Positions 30,801 through 39,021 are shown, counted from the stretch's first letter. The stretch: 64,000 nt of DNA from Oscillospiraceae bacterium (GCA_015064385.1 SVSI01000011.1:1883-65882), one strand, 5' to 3'. Numbers and translations: made by a program. Notes: a model not told the origin generated them from the sequence alone.

Positions 30801-31973
30801 CAGTACCGAAAACTCACTGTTTTTTTCGCGCAAAAAGGAAACGAGATCTATAAGCGCGCCGCGCTTGCGCTCTCGTCCCATATAGCTGTTTTCACTCGGA
30901 ACTCTAACTCTGTCTCTTATGAAAACGTAAAATTTATCCTTGTATTTTTGATTTAAGAGATCGAACCTTTCTTTGACGAGATCTATAAGAGCTACGTCCT
31001 TTTCGTCATACTCGCTATCCGCCTCGGGGAGATCAAGGAGAAGACCGTAATAGGCGTTTTCATCTCGGTTTGCAAGGTAAAACTGTTCGATCTGATCAAA
31101 TATTGCGCTATCTTTGTCTGAGATCAGCGAGGTTATGACCGTCAGCACCTTTGCGTTTGACGGTATCGTGTCAAGCTTAAGACGGGCGACCGTCGATTGC
31201 GGTATAAAGCGAGAGAATATCCGATCAAGGATCAGCTTTACGCTCTCACTTATCGGTAAGAGTAGGATAATAAAAAAGAATGGACCGCGCTGCGAGGCAA
31301 GACAGATCACAAAGGTGATGGCAAGGGTGAGTATCACCCAAAGAGAAAAATACAGGCGTGCGTTCTTTTTTCGTATGATCTTATCTTCAAGATAGCATCC
31401 GTTTTCGCAGTAAACGAGAGCTGCATCCTTCTCCGATATTCGGTGGCGCTTTGCAAAGGCGGATATCCTCGATCTAACGAGCGATTTCGTAAGATCAGAG
31501 CTTTGCGCGTAGGCATTACAGTTTCGGGCGCTAAGCGTTCTGTCAAGCACCGAGATGCGCTCTCGGAGTGATTCTATATCAACGAGCTCGAACGAGCGCA
31601 GAAGAGCGCTCGCGCGATTTATCAGCGTCTTTTCGTAATCGCCTTCAAGGTTCTTAATATTAGAGAGCGCCCTTGATATAATATCGGCAATTATCGGCAT
31701 AAAAAGCACCGTTTCTTCGTCGGTGAACGGTCTTTCGTCCGCCTTTTTTATAACTGATTCGCGAATATCCTTTTCGCTGATTACAAACTCCCTGTTTGCC
31801 GTGAGATCCTCTAAAATGCGGTATATACGCGTCCTGCGCTTTCTTGCGCTGATCTTATCATACGAGTTAAGTATGGCAAGGGTGTGTGGATACTGCTTGC
31901 CGATCACTCGCCTTAACTTTATTTTCAGCAGATTTCCCGAAGGATCAAAGCGCTTTAGTAATGTCGTGTTAAT
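24837..31973 (-). CDS. cgs: Cyclic beta-1,2-glucan synthase (Cgs/NdvB type: GT84 + transglycosylase + GH94-like domains)
   Basis: ERKRGAL, TLDRDT, F.EGIF.GKGI, SHDLLEG, RLHRWIRGD, PPDN.Q, TSPTNIG, STVDSGN, WSGSMFEY.MP, YQSSGAYGFRDQLQD, DWNDG and ENGGQYTH motifs. Annotated GTG at 31907; in-frame ATT at 31973 behind GGGGAGG preferred (start uncertain). Confidence 0.88.
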   Translation of the reverse strand: MNTTLLKRFDPSGNLLKIKLRRVIGKQYPHTLAILNSYDKISARKRRTRIYRILEDLTANREFVISEKDIRESVIKKADERPFTDEETVLFMPIIADIISRALSNIKNLEGDYEKTLINRASALLRSFELVDIESLRERISVLDRTLSARNCNAYAQSSDLTKSLVRSRISAFAKRHRISEKDAALVYCENGCYLEDKIIRKKNARLYFSLWVILTLAITFVICLASQRGPFFFIILLLPISESVKLILDRIFSRFIPQSTVARLKLDTIPSNAKVLTVITSLISDKDSAIFDQIEQFYLANRDENAYYGLLLDLPEADSEYDEKDVALIDLVKERFDLLNQKYKDKFYVFIRDRVRVPSENSYMGRERKRGALIDLVSFLREKNSEFSVLLGNKELISDVKYVITLDRDTRLYKGAVRDMVSAMLHPRNRPKIKNGVVTSGYAIMQPRTATSLASFSKSYFSSFSSRGGVDPYQSASFDFYQSLFDEGIFCGKGIFDVDVYFSLIPDAFCDGVILSHDLLEGTRLRCGVLSDVVLTDAHPTTPSAFWKRLHRWIRGDIQSTLYASKYVLNKERKTVKNPISSLSKFFIFDNVRRALVPVCACIALVAAALGTSPQTLIAVAALSYTLVAPIHGILRSVRGVGRRFFSHVRPAISSALWDFFFGVASVFCYASVSADALIKGFFRSRISGKKTLEWSVSFSEKKSGVLPQISWGLISYILGALILVFAESPVLKCGAILWIFMPAILLALSFYVPRSPKPSSSDKAVLLRYLFDSWSFFATYVNEKENFLPPDNVQEFPTLTIAHRTSPTNIGMYMVSCLAACDCGFIDPHTLAYRLENTLSTIESLPKKHGHLYNWYDTKKLTVLGSPYVSTVDSGNFAVALTALYQGLSDYRQQEERLIGVRERIKKILDATDFSFLYSQKRDLFYIGMDAADEVSEENCYDLLMSEIRSTCYYAIAKDQIDVKNWRKMGRPIIGHKGYIGVASWSGSMFEYFMPHLFLPLYDSSLMGEALIFATNAQIEDKVKGFWGVSESAYYTFDNAMNYQYKANGVSRLALDPIIGKEKVISPYSSFLCLSTAKRKAIKNLEKLRSFGAYGKHGFYESVDFTRLRVGTEPETVKCYMAHHVGMSVIAATNFCFDNIFVKRFMSDAEMSSISELLCESVPTEAGISKNSAVRSAEAPPIRYPSTDKTLKSSLRSGQIPSVCTLASNDASITVSDAGHVMLTHRNILITRDPFDTRDMYSTENGLQIFFATDANKHSFTPDTMNYSGSKILLRSQLQESGEKLSCSATFTLCASESAYCIKLDASGKFNKFTPMIAFETVLSSAMDRESHPFYNGLSVESFYDRENSLLCFRCRSKDGTEERWISVSLENSPYGVEFDTRSDILPLNYSKDDLCDLLFKDLPSREGACISPFCILKGRETPCRGKFSCEFLITYGATHEDIVKKVLFVRKNSGHDISSFFAGSMYKLSQNRLNLVNVPQSYLKYADFYLAALCFRPNGTPPTDKTFSKNSLWSYGISGDLPIVALDLPSELSPSCKKICDVMIRLHRLLRLRGKKSDLVFIVSEKDAYNSHNRNRLSAIISECGASEYFCRHGGIFTVGENSREIFSSVSALYIPLENDSSIEEIFHSFMKRSLRVADDIKISRSARFDKKDGFDVYGGTFTEDGFLINKSRADLVWSYIYANRTFGTVLTQNSLGYTWFANSKEKRLTPAFSSYRRDICGERLIFVSKSGEKYDLIASSYSCEFTKGCAIYKTEINGCTVKSCVGVDEKLQVKLIYARAEGDLSMLDKIVYSVDPVIGENICQVNLILKKQDARTEFFRRRYDSHLSEHTVFLTSLDKRKNGSSLEYGFIFGIFPSFSDRAYYHIQKVFQSCDDILHAFEKYSQFYRDLFSKIQIESGDRALDLATNYYIPYQVFSARLFGRTGFYQSSGAYGFRDQLQDSLATLYYDGKFCKYQILRAAAHQYTEGDVQHWWHNSQSSDNAGLWHAGLRSKCSDDLLWLPYTVARYIDYTGDSSILDLRVRYIESRELDESENTRYERPFRSKYRESVYNHCIRAIERALRRGPNSLILMGSCDWNDGYDRVGAKGRGESVWLSQFMRALLIKFVPICKSRGDTEGAKKYEKIAAELSDAVENAAFDGDRYMRAFYDDGKPMGKAGDKECEIDLLPQAFAAIYGKDRSRAKLAMESACDMLWDRNNKIVKLFSPAFSGKYDDPGYIVGYCEGLRENGGQYTHAVFWAILGLLALGDNEKAFGMLCDINPINISSDEKRAVRYKTEPYALCGDVYSNPEHTGRGGWSLYTGSASWFVQAVLGGLIGISRDGEGGFLITPKFSDKFDKVEVTFSDKGQTKSVKLTDSPGNENGKIFFNGPNISK

Positions 31974-32009
31974 AACAAAAACCTCCCCATAGGTCTGATT
32001 TAATAAACC

Positions 32010-32039
32010 TATTATGGGGAGATTTTTTACATTTTATGC
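32010..32039 (-). promoter_or_regulatory. Candidate sigmaG (forespore) promoter of cgs
   Basis: GCATA-N18-CATAATA, matching the GHATR-17/18-CATWHTA consensus. Confidence 0.6.
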
Positions 32040-32049
32040 CTGAAAAAGG

Positions 32050-34305
32050 TCAGTTTTTGATTCCCGAATAAAATTGTGACCGTACTATCTCAGCCGAGCT
32101 GACCTTTACGGCTGTGTCAAGCGCTTTTTCGGAATTTCCGTGTGATCCGTATATTATGACGTCCGCCTTCTTTACGGCGCTTGTAAACGACTTTGAAAAT
32201 TCACTGCTCGTAAGAGTCAGCGCGCCGGTATTTGAGAAGTACGTATAGCGCGGAAGATCGCTTATCTCACTCTCGATAACTATAATCGAGGCGGGATTTG
32301 CCGTTTTGTGCGGATAGATATACGGAGTAAGCGATATTTTTCCAAAGTTTAGTTTTTCTTCACACGGGGTATAGATCCTGACGTCACAACCGCTGATATC
32401 AAGAAAGGTCTTGATCGCATTGTGAAATTCAAGGTCGCGCTCCTGCGGCTTCGGGAGAATAAAAGTCCTTATATCGGTGCTTTCTACAAGGCGCGTTACC
32501 GTTGCAATGTGCGTATAATGATAATCACTTATCATATACGCGCTCACCTTGTTTCGGCATAGCTTTTCGCCGTACTCGATAGCGTTTTTGGTGAAAGGAT
32601 AATTTCCGCTCGATATATCGCACAAAAGTACCTCTTTCCCCGACGAAATTATAATGGCGTCGTTCTCGTTTTCCGTATAGTACGCAACAGAGCCGCCGTG
32701 AAGGTAGGGGTAGGTGATTATCGCATTTCCGATGCAGCTCATAGCAACGAACGCAATAAGCGGAACGTAGGCAAGATATCGCCTTTTAGAAAAGCTCTTT
32801 AAGAAAAGGAGCATCAGTACAAGAGAAAGCACGGTCAGTGCGAAAAGCAAATCAGAAAAAATGCCGTCAAAACGTACTGTAAAGCTTCCGAGACCGGAAA
32901 GAAAGCTTGATAGCGATACACATATTTTGGATATAAAAGTTATCGCGCCGCCGAGCATCTTCGCTATTGGGATAATGGGCGAGAGTATCAGCATAAACGG
33001 TATCAGATACAGAATAAGTGTTATAAATACCGAAAAAATCAGATTACTTATCGGAGAAACATAGGACATTTCTCCGAAACAGAAATAGGATATCGGTAAA
33101 GTAAAGAGAACTGCCGCAAGAGTTATGTTCAGTGCCGAGACAAGGAGATACAGAGGTCTTATTTTATATATCGACTTGCTTCTGAGACCTTCATTTATAG
33201 GCACGGCTACGGTCAAAATACCGAGTGTCGAAAAGAATGAAAGAAGAAGTCCGAGATCGTATATTGCATACGGACTCAGCATACAAATTATAAATGCGGA
33301 GCAAAACAGAGAACTTACAGCATCCGAGCGCCTGCCGAAATAAAATGAAGCGTATGATAAAAGAAGCATTATCGCCGCACGGGATACGGATGCCGAAAAT
33401 CCGGATATAAGCGCGTAAAACAACACGAAAATACCAAGAAGAAGCAACGAAATCTTTTTGTTTAGCGGCAGTCGGCAGAGAAATGCAGCAAGGAGTCCCA
33501 CGATTATAGAAAAGTGCATACCGCTTATTGCCAGCATGTGCGATATGCCGAGCTCTCTGAAAGAATCGGTAAAGGAGCGCGAAAGTCCGGATCTATCTCC
33601 GTAAACGAGCGCGCCGGATAGTGACGTTCCCTCGTCGCGAGTAAATTTTCGTATGAGACGTGAGACGCCGTTACGCAGGCGCGCCGTTTGAGAGTAGGGA
33701 AAAGCAGAGCCGTCATCTACTATTTCAAGCGCCTCTTCGTTTTCGGAAATTACGTTCAAAAAGTATCCCTTTGAGAACCCGTACGCCTCCGAGAGATTTG
33801 AAAATCGGTTATCTACCGATATTTTGACCGGTAGCTTCAGTGATTCTCCGCTCTCAAACGGATTCATATAAGTGGAGGTCATAAACGCTTTGATACGGCA
33901 TTTTTCGCCGTTTATCTCGCGAAGCAGTACCTCGTGACTTGAATAATTCTCATTTACGGTATTTGCCGAAATGACCGTCAAGGTAACGTTTGCCGCAAGA
34001 GAGTCGTATTTCTTTTCAAGCTTTTCGAGCTTAAGATCGAAATTTATAAATGAAAGGATAAACGCGAGAGCTATTGCAAGTGCCGCCAAGGTGTACGGCA
34101 TAGCGTAAAACTCGTGTCCGCGCCGACGCAACACTACTCCTATAACGGGCATGAGTGCTCCTATGTATAAGATTATCGCGGCGACGGTTATTTTAAGTGA
34201 GCTATGAAAAAATCCGCAGAGAAAGTATGTAAGAAGAAAGCCCGCAAGCGTGAAGCATAGCGGGCGTTTGATAACTGAAAAGTTTATTCTTCTTATAAGG
34301 TTCAA
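32050..34305 (-). CDS. comEC: ComEC/Rec2 competence channel protein
   Basis: GISHMLAISGMH and SASVSRAAIM motifs, many TMs, degenerate C-terminal beta-lactamase-like domain. Confidence 0.88.
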   Translation of the reverse strand: MNLIRRINFSVIKRPLCFTLAGFLLTYFLCGFFHSSLKITVAAIILYIGALMPVIGVVLRRRGHEFYAMPYTLAALAIALAFILSFINFDLKLEKLEKKYDSLAANVTLTVISANTVNENYSSHEVLLREINGEKCRIKAFMTSTYMNPFESGESLKLPVKISVDNRFSNLSEAYGFSKGYFLNVISENEEALEIVDDGSAFPYSQTARLRNGVSRLIRKFTRDEGTSLSGALVYGDRSGLSRSFTDSFRELGISHMLAISGMHFSIIVGLLAAFLCRLPLNKKISLLLLGIFVLFYALISGFSASVSRAAIMLLLSYASFYFGRRSDAVSSLFCSAFIICMLSPYAIYDLGLLLSFFSTLGILTVAVPINEGLRSKSIYKIRPLYLLVSALNITLAAVLFTLPISYFCFGEMSYVSPISNLIFSVFITLILYLIPFMLILSPIIPIAKMLGGAITFISKICVSLSSFLSGLGSFTVRFDGIFSDLLFALTVLSLVLMLLFLKSFSKRRYLAYVPLIAFVAMSCIGNAIITYPYLHGGSVAYYTENENDAIIISSGKEVLLCDISSGNYPFTKNAIEYGEKLCRNKVSAYMISDYHYTHIATVTRLVESTDIRTFILPKPQERDLEFHNAIKTFLDISGCDVRIYTPCEEKLNFGKISLTPYIYPHKTANPASIIVIESEISDLPRYTYFSNTGALTLTSSEFSKSFTSAVKKADVIIYGSHGNSEKALDTAVKVSSAEIVRSQFYSGIKN

Positions 34306-34306
34306 A

Positions 34307-34582
34307 TTACTTGTTTACCTTTTCGCGAAGCTTGCTCGACTGACGGAAAGAAACGATCTTGGTGTCGGGGAGCTGGATCTGAGCACCGGTAACGGGGTGA
34401 CGTCCGATTCTGCCTGCGCGCTTTTTAACTTCTATGGTACCGAAACCGGAGAGCATAACCTTTTCTCCGTTTGCAAGAGCGTCAGCGATCTCGTTTATAA
34501 AAGAATCAATAACGTCTGCGGTTTTTGCATTGGAAAGTCCGTTTGCCTGAGCAACTTTTGCTACGAAATCCTTTTTTTTCAT
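34307..34582 (-). CDS. hup: HU family DNA-binding protein
   Basis: V.LSGFGT.EV.KRAGR.GRHP.TG motif, 91 aa. Confidence 0.92.
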   Translation of the reverse strand: MKKKDFVAKVAQANGLSNAKTADVIDSFINEIADALANGEKVMLSGFGTIEVKKRAGRIGRHPVTGAQIQLPDTKIVSFRQSSKLREKVNK

Positions 34583-34852
34583 AACTGCTGTTTGTCTTTT
34601 TTGTTGAAAAAAAGACGTCCTTTCATTTAATTTTCTACATTATAGCACATATTTGCGTAAAAATCAACAGTTTCTTATCAAAAAAATAATATTTTTTTTG
34701 CAAAATGTAGAAAAAACTCGCTTGACCGTTTGATAAAATAATGCTATAATGATAAAAAGTTTACCGTGTGCTATTTATACTCCTCAAAAATCGGTTTTTT
34801 ATACGAAGCGGTAAAAATAAAAAAATAAATAATCAAGGGGTAAAATCAAAAT

Positions 34853-36031
34853 ATGCTTTTAGCCGATCTGTTTATAAAAAATCAGCAGTCGCTCTCTTCG
34901 GAAAAGAAGCGTGAGAAATACGGTGTATTTTACGGAATACTCGGAATTTTTCTCAATATCTTGCTTTGTATAATAAAATTTATAGCAGGAATGCTGACGG
35001 GTGCGATCTCGGTCACCGCAGACGCTTTCAACAATCTTTCCGACGCCGGCTCGTCTCTGATATCTCTTTTCGGATTCCGTCTCGCATCCAAAAAGGCGGA
35101 CGAAGACCATCCCTTCGGTCACGGACGCTTTGAATACATTTCGGGATTTATTATCTCGCTTCTTATCGTGCTCGTTGGATTCGAGCTCGGAAAAAGCTCG
35201 GTCGAAAAGATATTCGATCCCACAGCCGTTGAGTTTTCGACGGTATCTGTGATAATACTCGCGGTATCGATTCTTATAAAGCTTTATATGGCGTACTACA
35301 ATTTCAGAGTAGGAAAGAAGATAAGCTCGAGCGCTATGAAGGCGACCGCGGTTGACAGCTTGACCGACTCGGTCTCGACCACCGTAGTACTTATATGCAT
35401 TCTTATCTCGCACTTTACGAGTGTACAGATAGACGCATACTGCGGTCTTGCCGTATCGGCGTTCATCCTCTATTCGGGAATACGCTCGGCAAAGGAAACG
35501 ATAGACCCGCTTCTCGGTCAGACGCCGACTCGGGAATTCGTTGAAAGCATCGAAGCTATGGCTAGAAGATGCGAATACGTTTGCGGAGTTCACGATCTCG
35601 TGGTTCACGATTACGGTCCGGGCAGGCGTATGATATCTCTGCACGTTGAGGTCCCCGCAGATGCGGATATTCTCGCCGTTCACGACGCTATTGACAATAT
35701 AGAAAGAGAAATGCGCTCCACGCTTATGTGCGACGCCGTGATCCATATGGATCCCATCGAAACGGGTGACTCGCTCGTTGCCGAGGCACGTGAAATGGTG
35801 CTTTCCAGAATAAATAAGATAGACTCACGCATAACCATCCACGATTTCCGTATGGTGCGCGGAAACACGCACACGAATCTTATTTTTGATGCCGTGATAC
35901 CTTACGATATAAAGATGTCGGATAAAGAGATAAAGGATCTTATATCTGATAAAATTTCCGAGTATGACGATCATTACAGAACTGTAATAGAAATAGACCG
36001 TCCGTTTGTAAATTCGGGCGAAAAACGCTGA
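34853..36031 (+). CDS. Cation diffusion facilitator (CDF) transporter with extended C-terminal domains
   Basis: ADAFNNLSD, HPFGHGRFEY and HDL.VHDYGP motifs. Confidence 0.9.
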   Translation: MLLADLFIKNQQSLSSEKKREKYGVFYGILGIFLNILLCIIKFIAGMLTGAISVTADAFNNLSDAGSSLISLFGFRLASKKADEDHPFGHGRFEYISGFIISLLIVLVGFELGKSSVEKIFDPTAVEFSTVSVIILAVSILIKLYMAYYNFRVGKKISSSAMKATAVDSLTDSVSTTVVLICILISHFTSVQIDAYCGLAVSAFILYSGIRSAKETIDPLLGQTPTREFVESIEAMARRCEYVCGVHDLVVHDYGPGRRMISLHVEVPADADILAVHDAIDNIEREMRSTLMCDAVIHMDPIETGDSLVAEAREMVLSRINKIDSRITIHDFRMVRGNTHTNLIFDAVIPYDIKMSDKEIKDLISDKISEYDDHYRTVIEIDRPFVNSGEKR

Positions 36032-36049
36032 TTTTAAGGAGAAAATACA

Positions 36050-36667
36050 ATGAAAGTACTTATTTTAAGCGGAAGTCCGCACGCAAACGGAAACACCGCA
36101 AGAGCTATTAGGGAGCTTGAAAATACCTTTAATGCCGAGGGTGTTGAGACCGAGGTAATTCAGGTCGGAAACAAGGAAATCCGCGGATGCTACGCGTGCA
36201 AGGTCTGTTATAAAACGGGCAAATGCGTCGCAGACGATATCGTGAATGAGATAGCAGAGAAATTTGAGCAGGCAGACGGACTTATCGTTGCAAGTCCCGT
36301 TTATTACGCCTCTCCCAACGGAACTCTCGTTTCCTGCCTTGACCGTCTCTTTTACAGCAGCCACTTTGACAAGAGAATGAAAGTAGGCGCAAGCATTGCA
36401 GTCGCAAGACGTGGCGGATGCTCTGCTACTTTCGATATGCTCAATAAATATTTCACGATAAGCGGTATGCCGATCGCCTCCAGTCAGTATTGGAACAGCG
36501 TTCACGGAGCGGCGCCCGGTCAGGCAGAGGAGGACCTCGAAGGACTCCAGACTATGCGTACGCTTGCAAAGAATATGACTTTTCTTATGAAGAGCATTGC
36601 ACTCGGTAAAAAGGAGTTCGGTCTTCCCGAAAAGGAAGAGAAGATATCTACCGGATTTGTGAGATAA
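36050..36667 (+). CDS. Flavodoxin-like / iron-sulfur flavoprotein (NADPH-dependent FMN reductase family)
   Basis: GSPH.NGNT, C..C..C....KC, SPVYY and RRGG motifs. Confidence 0.85.
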   Translation: MKVLILSGSPHANGNTARAIRELENTFNAEGVETEVIQVGNKEIRGCYACKVCYKTGKCVADDIVNEIAEKFEQADGLIVASPVYYASPNGTLVSCLDRLFYSSHFDKRMKVGASIAVARRGGCSATFDMLNKYFTISGMPIASSQYWNSVHGAAPGQAEEDLEGLQTMRTLAKNMTFLMKSIALGKKEFGLPEKEEKISTGFVR

Positions 36668-36717
36668 AACGAAACGAAAAAGCAGGTCGGAAGACTTGCT
36701 TTTTTACATAAATAACA

Positions 36718-36826
36718 CCGGCAGGACTTACGAACCTAAGTTTGCGCCTACGTTTAGCAATAATCAAAACTTACCTTGCGCAAACCAACACATCGTAAAC
36801 GATGTGTGAGGTTCAAATCGTCAAGT
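36718..36826 (-). repeat. tRNA-linked structured repeat element, copy B
   Basis: Homologous to 18151..18260; lies just past the tRNA-Arg(ACG) terminator in the tRNA orientation. Confidence 0.8.
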
Positions 36827-36831
36827 GAACT

Positions 36832-36865
36832 AAAAAAGCAGATGAGAAAAATCTCATCTGCTTTT
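36832..36865 (-). terminator. Terminator after tRNA-Arg(ACG)
   Basis: AAAAGCAGATGAGA-ttt-TCTCATCTGCTTTTTT-type hairpin on the minus strand. Confidence 0.85.
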
Positions 36866-36868
36866 CTA

Positions 36869-36941
36869 CGCGCCCGGCAGGATTCGAACCTGCGACCTAC
36901 CGGTTCGTAGCCGGGCACTCTATCCACTGAGCTACGGGCGC
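36869..36941 (-). tRNA. tRNA-Arg(ACG)
   Basis: Acceptor stem GCGCCCG/CGGGCGC, anticodon loop CTACGAA, GCAGG-TTCGAAT-CCTGC T-arm. Confidence 0.95.
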
Positions 36942-37048
36942 GTATTTTTCGTACGAAAACGCACACTCGCGTTTCGTACTTGGCGATTATAACACAATAT
37001 TTTCCTTTTGTCAAGAGTAAAATCGCAAAAAATGAAAAAATTTAGGAA

Positions 37049-38296
37049 TTATTTTGCGGCAAAGTTTATCTTTGCTTCTGTAAGACGTTCGTTGCCTTTT
37101 TCGACGGCTATTTCCTTGTACTGTGCCTCGCTTCCCATAAAGGTGACGTCCTTAAGAGAAATGCATCCGCTGAACGCACCTTCTCCGATCTTTGCCGTCT
37201 CGTGAGACAGAGTCAAGCTTGAAAGCTTCGTGCAGCTGTCGAAAGCGAATGCACCGATCTCCTGTACATTTTGTGGGAGTATTACGCCCGTAATTGAACT
37301 GCAACCGAGAAACGCAGAGGTGTCGATCTTTGTGAGTCCTTCGGGCATATCGGGAAATTTAAGGGACGTGCAGGATGCAAAAGCGTACGAGCTGATAGAG
37401 GTAACACCGCTCGGAATGTTTATTTTCTCAAGTGAGGAGCAACCCATAAAAGCGTACTGACCAATGTGTTTTACACCATCGGGAAGAGTTATCTCTTTAA
37501 CTAAGGAGCAGCCGTAGAACGCGTAGTCGCTGATCTCGGTGACTGTTTCGGGAATTGAAACCGACGTCAGCTTCGTGTAGTTTTTGAACGAATTTTTCTC
37601 GATCTCATGGACGGCAACTCCGTCGAAAACGGCGGGAATAACGATATCTCCGTCCCCGGTATATCGACTCCTTTGGAAGATTATCGCGCCGTCCGCACTG
37701 ACCGAAAAATAGGGCTCGAGCGCAGAGCAGGATACCTTCTTGCCTTCCTTTTCGGAGAAGGAGTCGTAAATGTTTTTGAGATATTCCTTGCCGTCCTTAT
37801 AATCTGCTATATCCGAGAAAAGCTCTGCCGCCTTCTCATAGTTTCCGCCGTTATAGTTTTTCTTTGCCAAAGCGTATTTTATAGGCGAGATGCACAAAAG
37901 GAGCGAAGCTACGATTATTCCGACGGCAGCGGCAATAATTGCAAATATTTTAAGCGCTTTTTTGACCTTTGCGGGAGAAAAAGCGCGGGAGCTCTCCTCA
38001 ACGATCTCGCGCTCGACCATTCTCGATGCAAGATATTCGCACGACTCGATCTGTTCGGGACAGTCACGGTATTTTCCGAGCGAGACGAAAAGCTCTTTTG
38101 CCTCTTCAACGTCTCGGGGATATAGTGCTATCTGCTTTTTGTGAATGGCAGAAAGATAAATAGCGTCTTTATTTTCTTTTATCTCGTTTTCCGAAAGTAT
38201 ATCGCACTCTTTTCCGCATTTCGGACATTTTGCAAGGTCCGAATCGGTACTTGAGAGAAATGCGTTTTTACAGCCGGAACAGTAGCATATAGCCAT
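37049..38296 (-). CDS. Membrane protein: N-terminal Zn-ribbon, TM helix, C-terminal BspA-type leucine-rich repeats
   Basis: CSGC/CPKC pairs; hydrophobic helix at ~aa 117-138; repeats of IPxxVTxIxxxAFxxCxxL. Confidence 0.8.
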   Translation of the reverse strand: MAICYCSGCKNAFLSSTDSDLAKCPKCGKECDILSENEIKENKDAIYLSAIHKKQIALYPRDVEEAKELFVSLGKYRDCPEQIESCEYLASRMVEREIVEESSRAFSPAKVKKALKIFAIIAAAVGIIVASLLLCISPIKYALAKKNYNGGNYEKAAELFSDIADYKDGKEYLKNIYDSFSEKEGKKVSCSALEPYFSVSADGAIIFQRSRYTGDGDIVIPAVFDGVAVHEIEKNSFKNYTKLTSVSIPETVTEISDYAFYGCSLVKEITLPDGVKHIGQYAFMGCSSLEKINIPSGVTSISSYAFASCTSLKFPDMPEGLTKIDTSAFLGCSSITGVILPQNVQEIGAFAFDSCTKLSSLTLSHETAKIGEGAFSGCISLKDVTFMGSEAQYKEIAVEKGNERLTEAKINFAAK

Positions 38297-38451
38297 TTGT
38301 GTCTCCTTTGGAGTAAAATTCTTCGTTTACATTATAATAGCATTGCCGCGCCTTGTCAAGAATATGTGCGAAATGTTTACATACTTACTTGACATTTGGT
38401 ACAAATTAGGATAAAATGTTTTCAGTAATCTGATTTACACAGGAGGCAAGA

Positions 38452-39021
38452 ATGAACCCGCGCGAATACATCGATTTTCTCGGCATAATAGAAAAAAACA
38501 AGTGTAACACCCGCCACTCGTGGACGTCAAGCGGACGTCGCGAGAGTGTTGCTGAACATTCGTGGCGTCTTTCGGTAATGGCTATGCTGTGTGCGGATGA
38601 ATACCCCGATCTTGATATAAATAAGCTTATAAAAATGTGCCTTATACACGATTTCGGCGAGGCGGTCACGGGAGATATTCCGTCCTTTCTTAAGACTGAT
38701 TCTCACGAGAAAGAGGAAGAAAAGGCGATCAAGGAGCTTCTTTCAAAGCTCCCTGATAGCTATCGAGAGGAGTTTACAGCGCTTTTTGAGGAAATGAACG
38801 CACTCGAAACGCCCGAGGCAAAGCTCTATAAGGCGCTTGACAATATGGAGGCAGTCGTTTCTCATAACGAGGCACCCATATCGACCTGGATCCCCGACGA
38901 ATACCGGATGAATCTCACCTACGGCGAGGATAAGGCACAGTGGTCGCCCTGGACGAGAGCACTTCGCGAACAGTTAAAAGAAGATTCACTTAAAAAGATA
39001 GAAGAAAGCAAGGAAAAATGA
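38452..39021 (+). CDS. HD domain phosphohydrolase (HD_3/YfbR-like)
   Basis: RESVAEHSWR, LIHDFGEAVTGD and ALD motifs. Confidence 0.85.
   Translation: MNPREYIDFLGIIEKNKCNTRHSWTSSGRRESVAEHSWRLSVMAMLCADEYPDLDINKLIKMCLIHDFGEAVTGDIPSFLKTDSHEKEEEKAIKELLSKLPDSYREEFTALFEEMNALETPEAKLYKALDNMEAVVSHNEAPISTWIPDEYRMNLTYGEDKAQWSPWTRALREQLKEDSLKKIEESKEK

Noticed and set aside
34750-34852. NiCo or Mn riboswitch in the ~100-nt leader of the CDF transporter
   Set aside because: The leader is AT-rich and lacks recognisable conserved riboswitch motifs.
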